From Verrucomicrobiota bacterium (lineage in GTDB: Bacteria > Verrucomicrobiota > Kiritimatiellia > CAIQIC01 > Lenti-01), in the NCBI GenBank assembly GCA_031262805.1, contig JAISGX010000034.1, positions 1 through 47,604 on the forward strand: DNA of 47,604 nt, given 5' to 3'. Of the stretch, positions 9,875-19,041 are shown in pieces. Every line of letters begins with the position of its first letter. The stretch's first letter is position 1. The translations under genes were made by a program, and so were the position numbers. The notes under the pieces were generated by a model. It searched no databases. It was not told the origin of the DNA and was given only the letters and a program-made list of their open reading frames with translations.

Positions 9875-11541
9875 TCGTCTTCGTCCGCGGGAAGGGCTTC
9901 GTCTTCGCTGTTGGGCTGGGCTTGTCCGTTGCCGGTGAACAGGCAGGAGACGAGGTCGTGTTCCATGGTGTCGAGATTGGCCTTCCCATGGCCCATTTGT
10001 AGCATGCTGCGCAACAAGACCATTTCCTCGGAAATAATCAGGCGGGCCAGGGTTTCATGCACCTTGGGCACGCGGATGACCACGCTGTTGCCGTCGTGCT
10101 CCAAGGTGAAAAACATGTCGTCCTTCCGGATGTGGTAGGACGGGGTGTCGGGGCTGAGGCGGTAAACATAGAATTCCTCCTGCCGGAAGGCCTTGACGAT
10201 GCGGGCGCGCATGAAGTCCGCCATATCGGGGGAGGCAAAGCAAAGTTCGACTTCAACTTGTGGCATTTGCTCGCCATCCTTCGGCTGTTTGCGAAGGCCG
10301 GAAACAGGGTTTTCAAAGCTGCCGGAAAGGAAGAGGGGGCCGAGGATGGTGGTGATGAGCGTCATGAGAACGGAGATGCCGAAGACGTTTTGCTCGATGG
10401 CTCCCGTGGCCAAACCGATGCCGGCGACAATCAAGGCCACTTCACCACGCGGGACCATGCCCACGCCGATTCGCATGGCGCCGTGCCGGTTGAAACCGCA
10501 GAAGAGGGCGGGAAAGGCGCAGCCGACGGCTTTGCTGAGAACGGCGAGGAGGGAATAGATCAGCCCGATCTTCAACACCGGCACAATGGCGGAGAGGTTG
10601 ACCATCATGCCCATGGTGGCGAAGAACACCGGCACCAGAATGTTTTGGATGCCCTCGATTTCCTTGTGGATCACTTGAACGAGGTCGGTGCGGGAGAGGG
10701 AGAGGCCCATGATGTAGGCGCCGATGATCATGGCCAGGCCGGCCATTTCCGAGATGCCGGCGAGCAACAGGGCAAATCCGAGGGCCAGTGCGGCAATGGC
10801 CTGCGGACTGCGGAAGTATTTCAAGATTTTGGAGAACCGGCGAGCGAGCAGAAGGCCCACGGCGGTGGCGCCGATCCAGAAACCGAAGGCTTTGATGGAA
10901 ATCAGCAGGATGTCCTTCCAGGCGATGCCGCCTCCGCTTGCTGCGGATTTCACCATGCCGACCACGATGGCCAGCACGATGATGCCCAGCACATCGTCAA
11001 AAACGGCGGCGGCTAGGATGGTGACGCCTTCGGGCGAATCCATCTTCTTGCGTTCGCTTAGAATCCGGGCACTGATGCCAACGGAGGTGGCGGTGGCGGT
11101 GGCTCCCAGAAACAGGGCGGTCGGCGAAAGCCAGCTCTCCGTCAGGCCGAGCCAGACGGCGCACCCGGCGCCCAGCGCAAATGAAACCAGCACTCCGCCT
11201 AGGCCCACCATGGTGCCGGCCACAGAATAGCGCAGAAAGGTTGACAGGTCGGTCTCTAGGCCGGAGAGGAAGAGCAGGACAATGGAGGCGAAGGTGGCGA
11301 CGGCATACAACTCTGGGCTTACCGCGCCGCCGTCCGCGGCCAGGCCGAACAACCGGCCGACAAGCGGCCAGGAGTATTTGCCGAGGGCGTACGGGCCAAT
11401 CCCCACGCCCACGAGCAGTTCGCCAATGACGCCGGGAAGCCGAAACCAGCGGCGGAGCCAATAGCCTCCGATGCGGGTGAAAACGATCAACAAGCCCAAT
11501 TGCAGGATGAATTGGACGCTTGGAGAGAGTTCGGAGGGCAT
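9871..11541 (-). CDS. Cation:proton antiporter (CPA2 / Kef-NapA type Na+/H+ exchanger family) with an unassigned soluble C-terminal domain
   Basis: 556 aa. The N-terminal part of about 400 aa is a polytopic Na_H_Exchanger-type domain (LPGVIGELLVGVGIGPYALG near the N-terminus, many TM helices). The last 150 aa or so are hydrophilic with no motif I recognise. A GGAG lies upstream of the ATG. Confidence 0.85.
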   Translation of the reverse strand: MPSELSPSVQFILQLGLLIVFTRIGGYWLRRWFRLPGVIGELLVGVGIGPYALGKYSWPLVGRLFGLAADGGAVSPELYAVATFASIVLLFLSGLETDLSTFLRYSVAGTMVGLGGVLVSFALGAGCAVWLGLTESWLSPTALFLGATATATSVGISARILSERKKMDSPEGVTILAAAVFDDVLGIIVLAIVVGMVKSAASGGGIAWKDILLISIKAFGFWIGATAVGLLLARRFSKILKYFRSPQAIAALALGFALLLAGISEMAGLAMIIGAYIMGLSLSRTDLVQVIHKEIEGIQNILVPVFFATMGMMVNLSAIVPVLKIGLIYSLLAVLSKAVGCAFPALFCGFNRHGAMRIGVGMVPRGEVALIVAGIGLATGAIEQNVFGISVLMTLITTILGPLFLSGSFENPVSGLRKQPKDGEQMPQVEVELCFASPDMADFMRARIVKAFRQEEFYVYRLSPDTPSYHIRKDDMFFTLEHDGNSVVIRVPKVHETLARLIISEEMVLLRSMLQMGHGKANLDTMEHDLVSCLFTGNGQAQPNSEDEALPADEDE

Positions 11542-11564
11542 AAAAGCTCCGGAGTTTTGGAAAA

Positions 11565-12056
11565 TCAGCCCAGTACCAGCTGCAGGACTTCTTCTCGGGT
11601 GGTGGCCGAGAGGATTTTGGCGCGGACGTTTGCGTCATTCAGAGGGCGGCTGACCTCCGCTAGGAACTGGATATGCGGTCCGGTTCGGCTGTCCGGGGAG
11701 ACCGTCATGACAAAAATGGTGGAGGGCTGTCCGTCGAGCGCGCCGAAATCAATGCCTTCGTGCTTGATGCCGAGGGCGGCCACCAGGCAGTCCACGTTGT
11801 CAGTTTTGCCGTGGGGGATGGCAATGCCATTTTGCATTCCAGTGCTCATGCGGCGTTCCCGGTCGGTGATGGCGCGCAGAACGGCCTCTCGATCGCGGAT
11901 ATGGCCGGATGCCATGAGCAGGTCCACCATTTCGGACAGGATTTCCTCCTTGGTGGCACCCTTCAGATCGAGGCTGATCGTTTCAACTGTCAAAGGCTTT
12001 TTCGAATTCATTTCACTTCTCCGTGGATACGGAATACTTGTGGCATTGTCGTCCAA
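11565..12056 (-). CDS. ptsN: PTS EIIA type-2 domain protein (PtsN / EIIA-Ntr-like regulator)
   Basis: 163 aa with KEEILSEMVDLL...STGMQNGIAIPHGKT, the phosphorylatable His context of PTS_EIIA_2. No EIIB/EIIC partner is nearby. Confidence 0.8.
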   Translation of the reverse strand: MDDNATSIPYPRRSEMNSKKPLTVETISLDLKGATKEEILSEMVDLLMASGHIRDREAVLRAITDRERRMSTGMQNGIAIPHGKTDNVDCLVAALGIKHEGIDFGALDGQPSTIFVMTVSPDSRTGPHIQFLAEVSRPLNDANVRAKILSATTREEVLQLVLG

Positions 12057-12201
12057 TCAAATTTCAATTTAAGCCCCAAGCCGCAATTTGTCCTGCGGTT
12101 TCGGGCGCTCGTTCAAAAGCCAATAAATATAAGGCATTTTCGGCAAAGGGAAAGATGTTTTTTCCTGAAGGGAGAGTGCAGAACCCCGGCTGGCGGAAGA
12201 A

Positions 12202-13347
12202 TCAGCCCGAAAGGGGAAAATAATCCTTCAGCCGGGGCGGGGAGGGAAGGGCGCGGAGGGCCCGGATAATATCGAGATCGGCCTTGGAAAATGGATATAG
12301 GGCGAACTGGTCGGGCGTGACCCATGCATGGTCCGCGCATTCCAGATGCTGGGGACGTCCCCGAAGGATCCGGGCAAAATGGGTGTGAAGGGTGATGGTG
12401 AAGTGGGAATAGGCGTGGTGGACGCTCACTAGGTGCGGCCCAACCTCCAGGTCCACCCCCATCTCCTCCTTCAGTTCGCGTGCGATGCATTCCTCTATGG
12501 TTTCTCCTTCCTCCTGTTTGCCGCCCGGAAATTCCCACAATCCCGCGAGCATGCCCTTTTCGGCACAGCGCTGGGCAATCAGAATCTGGTTTTTTGGGTT
12601 GAGGATGACGGCCGCGCCGACGATCTTGTGGGGGACCTTTTCTTTCTTCTTTTTCTTTGGGTAGGCATCCACTGCGTTTTGCTTGAAGGCTCGGCAGACG
12701 CGGTGCATGGGGCAGACGCCGCACTGGGGTGCGCGGGGCGTGCAGATGAGGGCACCCAGTTCCATCCACGCCTCATTCACCGCGCCCGGCATGTCGGCCG
12801 GCAGCAGGGCATCCGCCAGCCGCTGGAAGGCGTTTCGGGTGGCGGGCAGGGAAATGTCGTCCAAAACGGCAAACAGGCGGGCGAGAACACGCATGACGTT
12901 TCCATCAAGAACCGCTAGGGGCAGGCCGAAAGCCAAGGAGGCAATGGCGGCGGTGGTATAGGGCCCCAGCCCCGGAAGGGCGGCCAGACGGACGGGGTCG
13001 GCCGGTAGCTCGCCACCGTGCTTCTCCACCAGGATGCGGGCGGCCTTTTGAAGCTGTCGGGCCCGGGAATAGTAGCCGAGGCCCTCCCACAACTTCAGGA
13101 CATCCTGCAGGGGGGCTTCGGCCAGGGCGGCGGGCGTCGGAAACCGGGCCAGAAAACGGTGAAAATAGGGAATGACGGTGTCCACCCGGGTTTGCTGAAG
13201 CATGATTTCGGAAACCCAGACATGGTAGGGAGGGCGGGGCTCGATCCGCCAGGGAAGGTCCCGCGCATGGGCGGCGAACCAGGGCAGAAGGGAGCGGCGG
13301 ATGGCGGTACGGAACGAACGGAGGGCGCTGGGGGATGGGGCAAACAT
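12202..13347 (-). CDS. mutY: A/G-specific adenine DNA glycosylase MutY
   Basis: Contains WVSEIMLQQTRV and the HhH-GPD motif LPGLGPYTAAAIASLAFG. It has the Fe-S loop CTPRAPQCGVCPMHRVC (C-x6-C-x2-C-x5-C) and a C-terminal NUDIX-like GLWEFPGGK. The start was chosen at ATG 13347 (MFAPSP...); the ORF is open to 13419. Confidence 0.9.
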   Translation of the reverse strand: MFAPSPSALRSFRTAIRRSLLPWFAAHARDLPWRIEPRPPYHVWVSEIMLQQTRVDTVIPYFHRFLARFPTPAALAEAPLQDVLKLWEGLGYYSRARQLQKAARILVEKHGGELPADPVRLAALPGLGPYTTAAIASLAFGLPLAVLDGNVMRVLARLFAVLDDISLPATRNAFQRLADALLPADMPGAVNEAWMELGALICTPRAPQCGVCPMHRVCRAFKQNAVDAYPKKKKKEKVPHKIVGAAVILNPKNQILIAQRCAEKGMLAGLWEFPGGKQEEGETIEECIARELKEEMGVDLEVGPHLVSVHHAYSHFTITLHTHFARILRGRPQHLECADHAWVTPDQFALYPFSKADLDIIRALRALPSPPRLKDYFPLSG

Positions 13348-13560
13348 GCCGGAAAGAATACTCCGGGCCGAAAGCGTCCGCAAGCGGCGAGATGGAGGAG
13401 CCCTTGACACGGATTCCAAAGCATGGTTTAGTTGCGCCCATGAGATTTGTGCACATCGAAAGCCTACTCCACTTGGCGTTGCGCGGCGACACTCGCGTTG
13501 CGGCGGGCGGCGGGTGTTGCGTTCGATAAGATCCTCGGAACGAATGGTTCCTCTGGAAAG

Positions 13561-13596
13561 CCCGCCGAAACGATCTTCCCCGGCGGGATTTTTGTT
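13561..13596 (+). promoter_or_regulatory. Terminator-like hairpin plus T-run in the leuA 5' leader (candidate attenuator)
   Basis: CCCGCCG (13561-67) pairs with CGGCGGG (13581-87) across a 13-nt loop, followed by ATTTTTGTT. It ends 36 nt before the leuA ATG. The upstream gene (mutY) is divergent, so no plus-strand gene needs terminating here. Confidence 0.4.
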
Positions 13597-13631
13597 GCCC
13601 GTGGCTTGTTAAACCCAAGGAACCCCATAGA

Positions 13632-15188
13632 ATGAAAAAAACGGATCATGTACTCATTTTCGACACCACCCTCCGCGACGGCGAACAATGCCCCGGAGCC
13701 AGCATGGGCCTGCAGGAGAAACTGCAGGTGGCCCGGCAACTGGAAAAGCTGAATGTCGACATCATCGAAGCTGGCTTTCCCGCGGCCTCACCCGGGGATT
13801 TTGAAGCCGTCCGGCAGATCGCCGCCGGGATCAGAAAATGCCGTATTGCAGGCTTGGCCCGCTGTGTGCCTGCCGACATCGAACGGTGTGCCGAAGCGCT
13901 GAAGCCCGCCGGAAAACGCGCACGAATTCATGTCTTTCTCGCCACCAGTGCCATCCATCGGCAGTTCAAACTGAAAAAAGCGAAGGATGAAATCATCCGC
14001 CAGGCGGTGGAGGGAGTGAAAACCGCACGGAAATACTGCAAGGATGTTCAATTCAGCCCGGAGGATGCCTCGCGCACCGAGCCGGAATTCCTGGCCGAAG
14101 TGGTTCGTGCGGTGATTGCTGCCGGAGCCACCACCATCAACATTCCGGATACGGTGGGCTATAGCGTGCCGCAGGAATTCCGCACACTACTGACCTATCT
14201 CAACGAGCAGGTGCCGGAACTCAAGGAGGTGACGGTGCACGTGCATTGCCACAACGATCTTGGACTGGCCGTGGCCAATTCCCTCGCCGCCATTGAATGC
14301 GGGGCGCGTGGCGTGGAGTGCACCATCAACGGCATTGGGGAACGGGCGGGTAACTGCTCGCTGGAGGAGCTGGTCATGGCCCTCAAGGTCCGGCGCGACT
14401 TTTACGGCATTCAGACGCAGATTCACACCTCCGAGCTGTTTGCCGCGAGCCGTTTGGTCAGCCAGCTGACCGGCATGATGGTGCAGCGGAACAAGGCCAT
14501 TGTGGGTGCCAATGCGTTTGCCCATGAATCCGGCATCCATCAGGACGGTATGCTCAAAAACCGGGAAACCTATGAAATCATGAGGCCCGAGGATGTGGGC
14601 ATGGCCACCGGCACCGATCTGGTGCTTGGTAAGCATAGCGGCCGCGCCGGTTTCGCGGCGCATCTCCACCGTATGGGAATCAAACTGTCGGCCGACCAGC
14701 TGCAGAGCGTCTATCATGCGTTCATCGCCCTGGCGGATAAAAAGAAAATGGTGTATGACGACGACATCATCGAGCTTCTCAGTGAGCATCTTTCGGACGT
14801 GCCGCGAGTTTACAAAATCAAGTATCTGCAGGTCTCCGCTGGCAACCGGACCATTCCAACGGCCACCCTCCAGATTGAAAAAGATGGCCGGGTGCTGGAA
14901 GGATCGGGTACGGGCGTCGGCCCAGTGGAGGCGGCGCTCAAGGTGATCGAGGAACTAACGAACATCAAGGGCGAGCTGATTTCCTTCGGCATGCAATCCG
15001 TCACCCACGGCGAAGATGCGTTGGGCGAGACCTCCCTGCAGGTGAAATTCGGTGATGAGCTGGTGGCGGCCCGCGGGTCGGACATTGATATCGTCATGGC
15101 CTCCGCCAAGGCGTATGTCAATGCCCTCAACCGCTACCTGTTCCGCCAAAGAGATTCTGTTGCCTGCGGAGCCAAACACAGCATGTAG
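13632..15188 (+). CDS. leuA: 2-isopropylmalate synthase
   Basis: 518 aa with [14 protein letters not shown], the HxH metal site ([18 protein letters not shown]) and GIGERAGN. It has a C-terminal LeuA dimerisation/allosteric domain. Confidence 0.95.
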   Translation: MKKTDHVLIFDTTLRDGEQCPGASMGLQEKLQVARQLEKLNVDIIEAGFPAASPGDFEAVRQIAAGIRKCRIAGLARCVPADIERCAEALKPAGKRARIHVFLATSAIHRQFKLKKAKDEIIRQAVEGVKTARKYCKDVQFSPEDASRTEPEFLAEVVRAVIAAGATTINIPDTVGYSVPQEFRTLLTYLNEQVPELKEVTVHVHCHNDLGLAVANSLAAIECGARGVECTINGIGERAGNCSLEELVMALKVRRDFYGIQTQIHTSELFAASRLVSQLTGMMVQRNKAIVGANAFAHESGIHQDGMLKNRETYEIMRPEDVGMATGTDLVLGKHSGRAGFAAHLHRMGIKLSADQLQSVYHAFIALADKKKMVYDDDIIELLSEHLSDVPRVYKIKYLQVSAGNRTIPTATLQIEKDGRVLEGSGTGVGPVEAALKVIEELTNIKGELISFGMQSVTHGEDALGETSLQVKFGDELVAARGSDIDIVMASAKAYVNALNRYLFRQRDSVACGAKHSM

Positions 15189-15212
15189 GAGAAAGTGCGG
15201 ACGCCCCGGAGT

Positions 15213-15238
15213 CGGAGGCCGCCTCTGCGCGGCCTCCG
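15213..15238 (+). terminator. GC-rich hairpin downstream of leuA (possible terminator, no clear U-tract)
   Basis: CGGAGGCCGC (15213-22) pairs with GCGGCCTCCG (15229-38) across a 6-nt loop, 25 nt after the leuA stop. The following sequence, GTCTATG, is not T-rich. Confidence 0.35.
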
Positions 15239-15456
15239 GTCTATGCCGCTCGGCATGCGGGCGAGAAATCCACCTGCCTTCACCTGTAGGTTTTCCGTCC
15301 AGAGGGGCCTCCGCATCGGTGAGGCGTTTGCCTTCAAAAGGGATGGAGCGGCGTCCGGGGGCTTTCGCGAATCGATAAGGGAAATGCGCGACTCCCCCAT
15401 GGAGGAGGGGCCGACCGGCAAGGGCTTGGCAAACCGTCACACCGGATGAAGCACAT

Positions 15457-15478
15457 AAAAAAGGCGGCCGAAGCCGCC
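15457..15478 (-). terminator. Rho-independent terminator of argG
   Basis: The minus strand reads GGCGGC-TTCG-GCCGCC followed by TTTTTT. On the plus strand this is AAAAAA at 15457-62 and the stem at 15463-78. It starts 21 nt after the argG stop codon. Confidence 0.7.
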
Positions 15479-15498
15479 CGGGAGTCGGATGGAGCCGT

Positions 15499-16761
15499 CT
15501 ACTTCTTTTTCCGCTCGGCGTATACACCGGCGGCGACTTTGAGGCGCAGAGCATTCAGGTGGATGAAGCCCGTGGCGTCATCCTGGTCGTAGGCTTGGGT
15601 TGGATCGGCATCCATGGTCGCGATATGTGGATTGTAGAGGGAATACGGGCTCTTGCGCCCGGCGACATAGAGGCCGCCTTTATACAGCTTGAGCCGGACG
15701 GTGCCCGTGACATGCGCCTGGGTTTCCTCGATGAGCGCTTGTAGGGCATCGCGTTCCGGTGCGAACCAGAACCCGTTATAGACCATTTCGGCATACCGGG
15801 GGATGAGGCTGTCGCGCAGGTGCATGGCATCGCGGTCCATGGTGAGCGATTCCATCTGGCGGTGCGCGAAATGCAGGAGAGTACCGGCCGGCGTTTCATA
15901 CACGCCGCGGCTCTTCATGCCGACAAAGCGGTTTTCCACCATGTCGATGCGGCCCACGCCATGTCGGCCCGCGAGCTTGTTGAGCTTGAGCATGACGTCC
16001 AGCGGGGAGAGCTTTTGGCCGTCCACCGCCACGCAGTCGCCCTTCACAAAATCTAGGGTGACGTATTCCGGCCGGTCCGGGGCATCTTCCGGCGCCCGGG
16101 TCAGCAGGAACATATCCTTATTTTTCGGCGAAAATGCGTCGAACCATGGATCTTCCAACATCCCCGCCTCATACGAGATGTGCAACAGGTTGCGGTCCAT
16201 GGAATACGGTTTTTTGGCGGAAGCCTGGACGTTGATGTGGTTCTTCACGCAGTAGTCGATCATTTCCTGCCGCCCCGGAAAGGCGTCGCGGAAGGCCGAC
16301 ATGCGCCACGGGGCAATCACCTTCAGCGTTGGGTCCAGCGCGGCCGCGGCCAGTTCAAAACGCACCTGGTCGTTTCCCTTTCCGGTGGCGCCGTGAGCGA
16401 TGGCCGAGGCGCCTTCCTGGTGCGCAATTTCCACCATCCGTTTGGCGATCAAGGGGCGGGCGATGGAGGTGCCGAGCAAATACTGCCCCTCATAGATGGC
16501 GTTGGCGCGCATCATCGGATAGATGAAGTCCTTGGCAAATTCTGCGCGTAGATCATCAATATAAACCTTGGTGGCGCCGGTGGCCATGGCTTTTTGGCGG
16601 AGGCCTTTAAGCTCTTCGCCCTGGCCCACATCCGCAGCGAACGCGAGGATGTCGGCGTCATGATATTCCTTCAGCCAGCGCAGGATGACGGAGGTGTCGA
16701 GTCCGCCGGAGTAGGCCAGCACGATTTTCATTTTTCCGGGTTTCTTCTTCATGGGAACCAT
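15499..16761 (-). CDS. argG: Argininosuccinate synthase
   Basis: Contains AYSGGLDTS (PP-loop), [13 protein letters not shown] and a [11 protein letters not shown]-type substrate region. The start is uncertain: ATGs at 16761, 16752 and 16731 are all in frame. Confidence 0.95.
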   Translation of the reverse strand: MVPMKKKPGKMKIVLAYSGGLDTSVILRWLKEYHDADILAFAADVGQGEELKGLRQKAMATGATKVYIDDLRAEFAKDFIYPMMRANAIYEGQYLLGTSIARPLIAKRMVEIAHQEGASAIAHGATGKGNDQVRFELAAAALDPTLKVIAPWRMSAFRDAFPGRQEMIDYCVKNHINVQASAKKPYSMDRNLLHISYEAGMLEDPWFDAFSPKNKDMFLLTRAPEDAPDRPEYVTLDFVKGDCVAVDGQKLSPLDVMLKLNKLAGRHGVGRIDMVENRFVGMKSRGVYETPAGTLLHFAHRQMESLTMDRDAMHLRDSLIPRYAEMVYNGFWFAPERDALQALIEETQAHVTGTVRLKLYKGGLYVAGRKSPYSLYNPHIATMDADPTQAYDQDDATGFIHLNALRLKVAAGVYAERKKK

Positions 16762-16768
16762 CCGTTTT

Positions 16769-17791
16769 CTATTTCAAGCCCATTTCAATCATTTTTTCGG
16801 CAATCTGGATGGCGTTCTGGGCGGCGCCCTTCCAGATGTTGTCGCCGGCGACAAACAGGGAGAGTCCATTGGGAACCGTGGGATCCCGGCGGATGCGGCC
16901 GACAAAGGCGTCGTATTCCCCGGTGGCGCGCAGGGGGGTGGGGAAGATGGACCGAGCCAAGTCGTCCACCACCTGCACGCCCTGCGTCTGCGAAAGGATC
17001 TCTCGTGCGCGTTCCGGCGTGAGGGGGGTGTGGAATTCCACATGCAACGCCTCGCTGTGGCCGTTGAATACGGGCACGCGCACACAGGTGGACACCACTT
17101 GGATGGAGGCGTCGTTGAGGATCTTCTGGGTTTCGCGGCCCAGCTTGGCTTCCTCGGACGTATAGCCCGGCATGTCCTTGGATTCGGAGCCGATTTGGGC
17201 AATGACGTTGAAAGCAATTTGCGCCGGATACACCTTGGGTTCCGGAATTGGCCCTCCTGCAGCCCAAGCGCGCGTTTGCTCCTCCAGCTCCCGGATGGCG
17301 GCCGCGCCGGACCCGGACACCGCTTGGTACGTGCAACACACAATCCGCTTGATTTTCGCTTCGCGGTGCAGGGCGTACAGCGGCATCAAGGCGATGGCCG
17401 TGGAACAGTTCGGATTGGCAATGAAGTTGTGATGGTTTTTCAGCGCCTCCGGATTGATTTCGGGGATGCACAGCGGCACGCGGGGATCCATGCGGAAGTC
17501 ATCCCCATTGTCCACCACGGTACAGCCGGTTTCCGCTGCGCCCCAACCCAGCGTTTTGGAGGCGCCCTTGGCGCCCTCCGTGCCGGCAAAAAAGGCAAAG
17601 TCGTATCCGTTGAACGATTCCGGCCCGGTCGCCACTTTGACTTCAACCGGCTTGCCGTCGATCAATTCCATTCGTTCTCGCGTGGCAAAGGCGGTCAGCT
17701 TGGCCATGGGAAAGTTGCGCTTGCGAAGCAACCGGACAATTTCCGTTCCAACGGCGCCGATGCCGACCATGCATACATTGTATTTCTTCAT
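16769..17791 (-). CDS. asd: Aspartate-semialdehyde dehydrogenase
   Basis: [17 protein letters not shown] (Rossmann), the active-site context [13 protein letters not shown], and QAVSGSG. The start was chosen at ATG 17791 after AAGGAA; the ORF is open to 17860. Confidence 0.93.
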   Translation of the reverse strand: MKKYNVCMVGIGAVGTEIVRLLRKRNFPMAKLTAFATRERMELIDGKPVEVKVATGPESFNGYDFAFFAGTEGAKGASKTLGWGAAETGCTVVDNGDDFRMDPRVPLCIPEINPEALKNHHNFIANPNCSTAIALMPLYALHREAKIKRIVCCTYQAVSGSGAAAIRELEEQTRAWAAGGPIPEPKVYPAQIAFNVIAQIGSESKDMPGYTSEEAKLGRETQKILNDASIQVVSTCVRVPVFNGHSEALHVEFHTPLTPERAREILSQTQGVQVVDDLARSIFPTPLRATGEYDAFVGRIRRDPTVPNGLSLFVAGDNIWKGAAQNAIQIAEKMIEMGLK

Positions 17792-17913
17792 GAGGTGATT
17801 TTCCTTCTTTTGCCGGGCCCGTTCAGCGTGGGGAAAAGGCGTTTCCGACGAAACCGCCAAAATCTACGCTCCCGGGGCAGAAAAGGCTATAAAAAAGCGA
17901 GAAAAGGGGGGGG

Positions 17914-18993
17914 CTAGACGTTCTCCGCGATGGCGTCGCCCACCTCGGTGGTGGTCATGCCCATCTGATTGGCCAGCTGGGATTTCATGCGGGTGCGGAC
18001 GACTTCTCGTATGGCCCGGTCCACAGCCTGTGCGGCCTGGGTTTCACCCAAGGCTTCCAGCATCAACATGCCGGAACCGATGGCGGCCACCGGATTGATG
18101 GCGTTTTTGCCCGTCCACAACGGGGCAGTGCCGCCGATGGGTTCAAACATGGACACCCCGTCCGGATTGATGTTGCCGCCGGAGGCGACGCCCAGGCCGC
18201 CCTGTGTGGCCGCGCCGAGGTCGGTGATGATGTCGCCGAACAAATTGGTGGTGACGATCACATCGAACATGCCCGGGCATTGCACTTGGTAGAGAGTGAC
18301 GGCATCCACATGGTAATATTCCCGGACGATGTCGGGATATTCCGCGCCGATTTCCTCGAAGGCCCGGTTCCAGAGGTCGAAGGTATATGTCAGGACATTG
18401 GATTTGCCCACCAGTGCCAGTGTATTGCGCTCGCCCTTGCCGCAGGCTTTTTTGCCGTGGGTGCGGGTATATTCAAAAGCAAACCGCAGGCAACGGTCCA
18501 CCTGCCGTCGGGAATAGACGCTGGATTGGACGGCCACTTCGTCGGGGGTGCCGGGCATCATATTGCCGCCCACACCGACATAGCTGTCGCCGGAGTTTTC
18601 CCGGATCACGCAATAGTCGATTTCAGCCGGGCCCATGTTTTTGATGGGGGTTTCCACTCCTTCATACAGGCGGATGGGCCGCAGGTTGATGTATTGATCC
18701 AAGGCAAACCGGAGCTTCAGCAGAATGCCTTTTTCCAGAATGCCGGGTTTGACGTCCGTATGGCCGATGGCGCCGAGATAAATGGCGTTGAAGCCGCGCA
18801 GTTCTTGGATGGCGGAGTCGGCGAGGAGTTCGCCGGTTTTCATATAGCGTTCTCCGCCGAAATCAAAGCGGACGAAATGCAACCCGAAATGAAATTTGGC
18901 GGCGGCCGCTTCCAGGACCTTGCAGCCTTCGGCAATGACTTCAGGACCGGTCCCGTCGCCGGGAATCAGGGCAATGGAATACGTTTTTTTCAT
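17914..18993 (-). CDS. leuB: Isopropylmalate / tartrate (D-malate) dehydrogenase family oxidative decarboxylase (LeuB function plausible, sequence looks DmlA/TtuC-like)
   Basis: 359 aa with IALIPGDGTGPEV, LRFALDQYINLRPIRL, NLFGDIITDLGA and a GGTAP..GKNAINP-type C-terminal region. This is the isocitrate/isopropylmalate dehydrogenase fold. The DQY(I/V)NLRP block resembles E. coli DmlA more than classical LeuB. Confidence 0.75.
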   Translation of the reverse strand: MKKTYSIALIPGDGTGPEVIAEGCKVLEAAAAKFHFGLHFVRFDFGGERYMKTGELLADSAIQELRGFNAIYLGAIGHTDVKPGILEKGILLKLRFALDQYINLRPIRLYEGVETPIKNMGPAEIDYCVIRENSGDSYVGVGGNMMPGTPDEVAVQSSVYSRRQVDRCLRFAFEYTRTHGKKACGKGERNTLALVGKSNVLTYTFDLWNRAFEEIGAEYPDIVREYYHVDAVTLYQVQCPGMFDVIVTTNLFGDIITDLGAATQGGLGVASGGNINPDGVSMFEPIGGTAPLWTGKNAINPVAAIGSGMLMLEALGETQAAQAVDRAIREVVRTRMKSQLANQMGMTTTEVGDAIAENV

Positions 18994-19010
18994 GATGCCA
19001 TTATAAGAGC

Positions 19011-19038
19011 TTTCCGCCGCCGCAAATCAAGGCGGAAA
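19011..19038 (-). terminator. Hairpin immediately downstream of the histidine kinase gene (weak terminator candidate)
   Basis: TTTCCGCC (19011-18) pairs with GGCGGAAA (19031-38) across a 12-nt loop. It starts 4 nt after the kinase stop on the minus strand. There is no strong U-tract. Confidence 0.3.
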
Positions 19039-19041
19039 CCG

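Noticed and set aside
10057-11016. 319-aa ORF on the plus strand.
   Set aside because: It is antisense to the CPA2 transporter gene. It has an acidic/Gly-His-rich shadow-frame composition.
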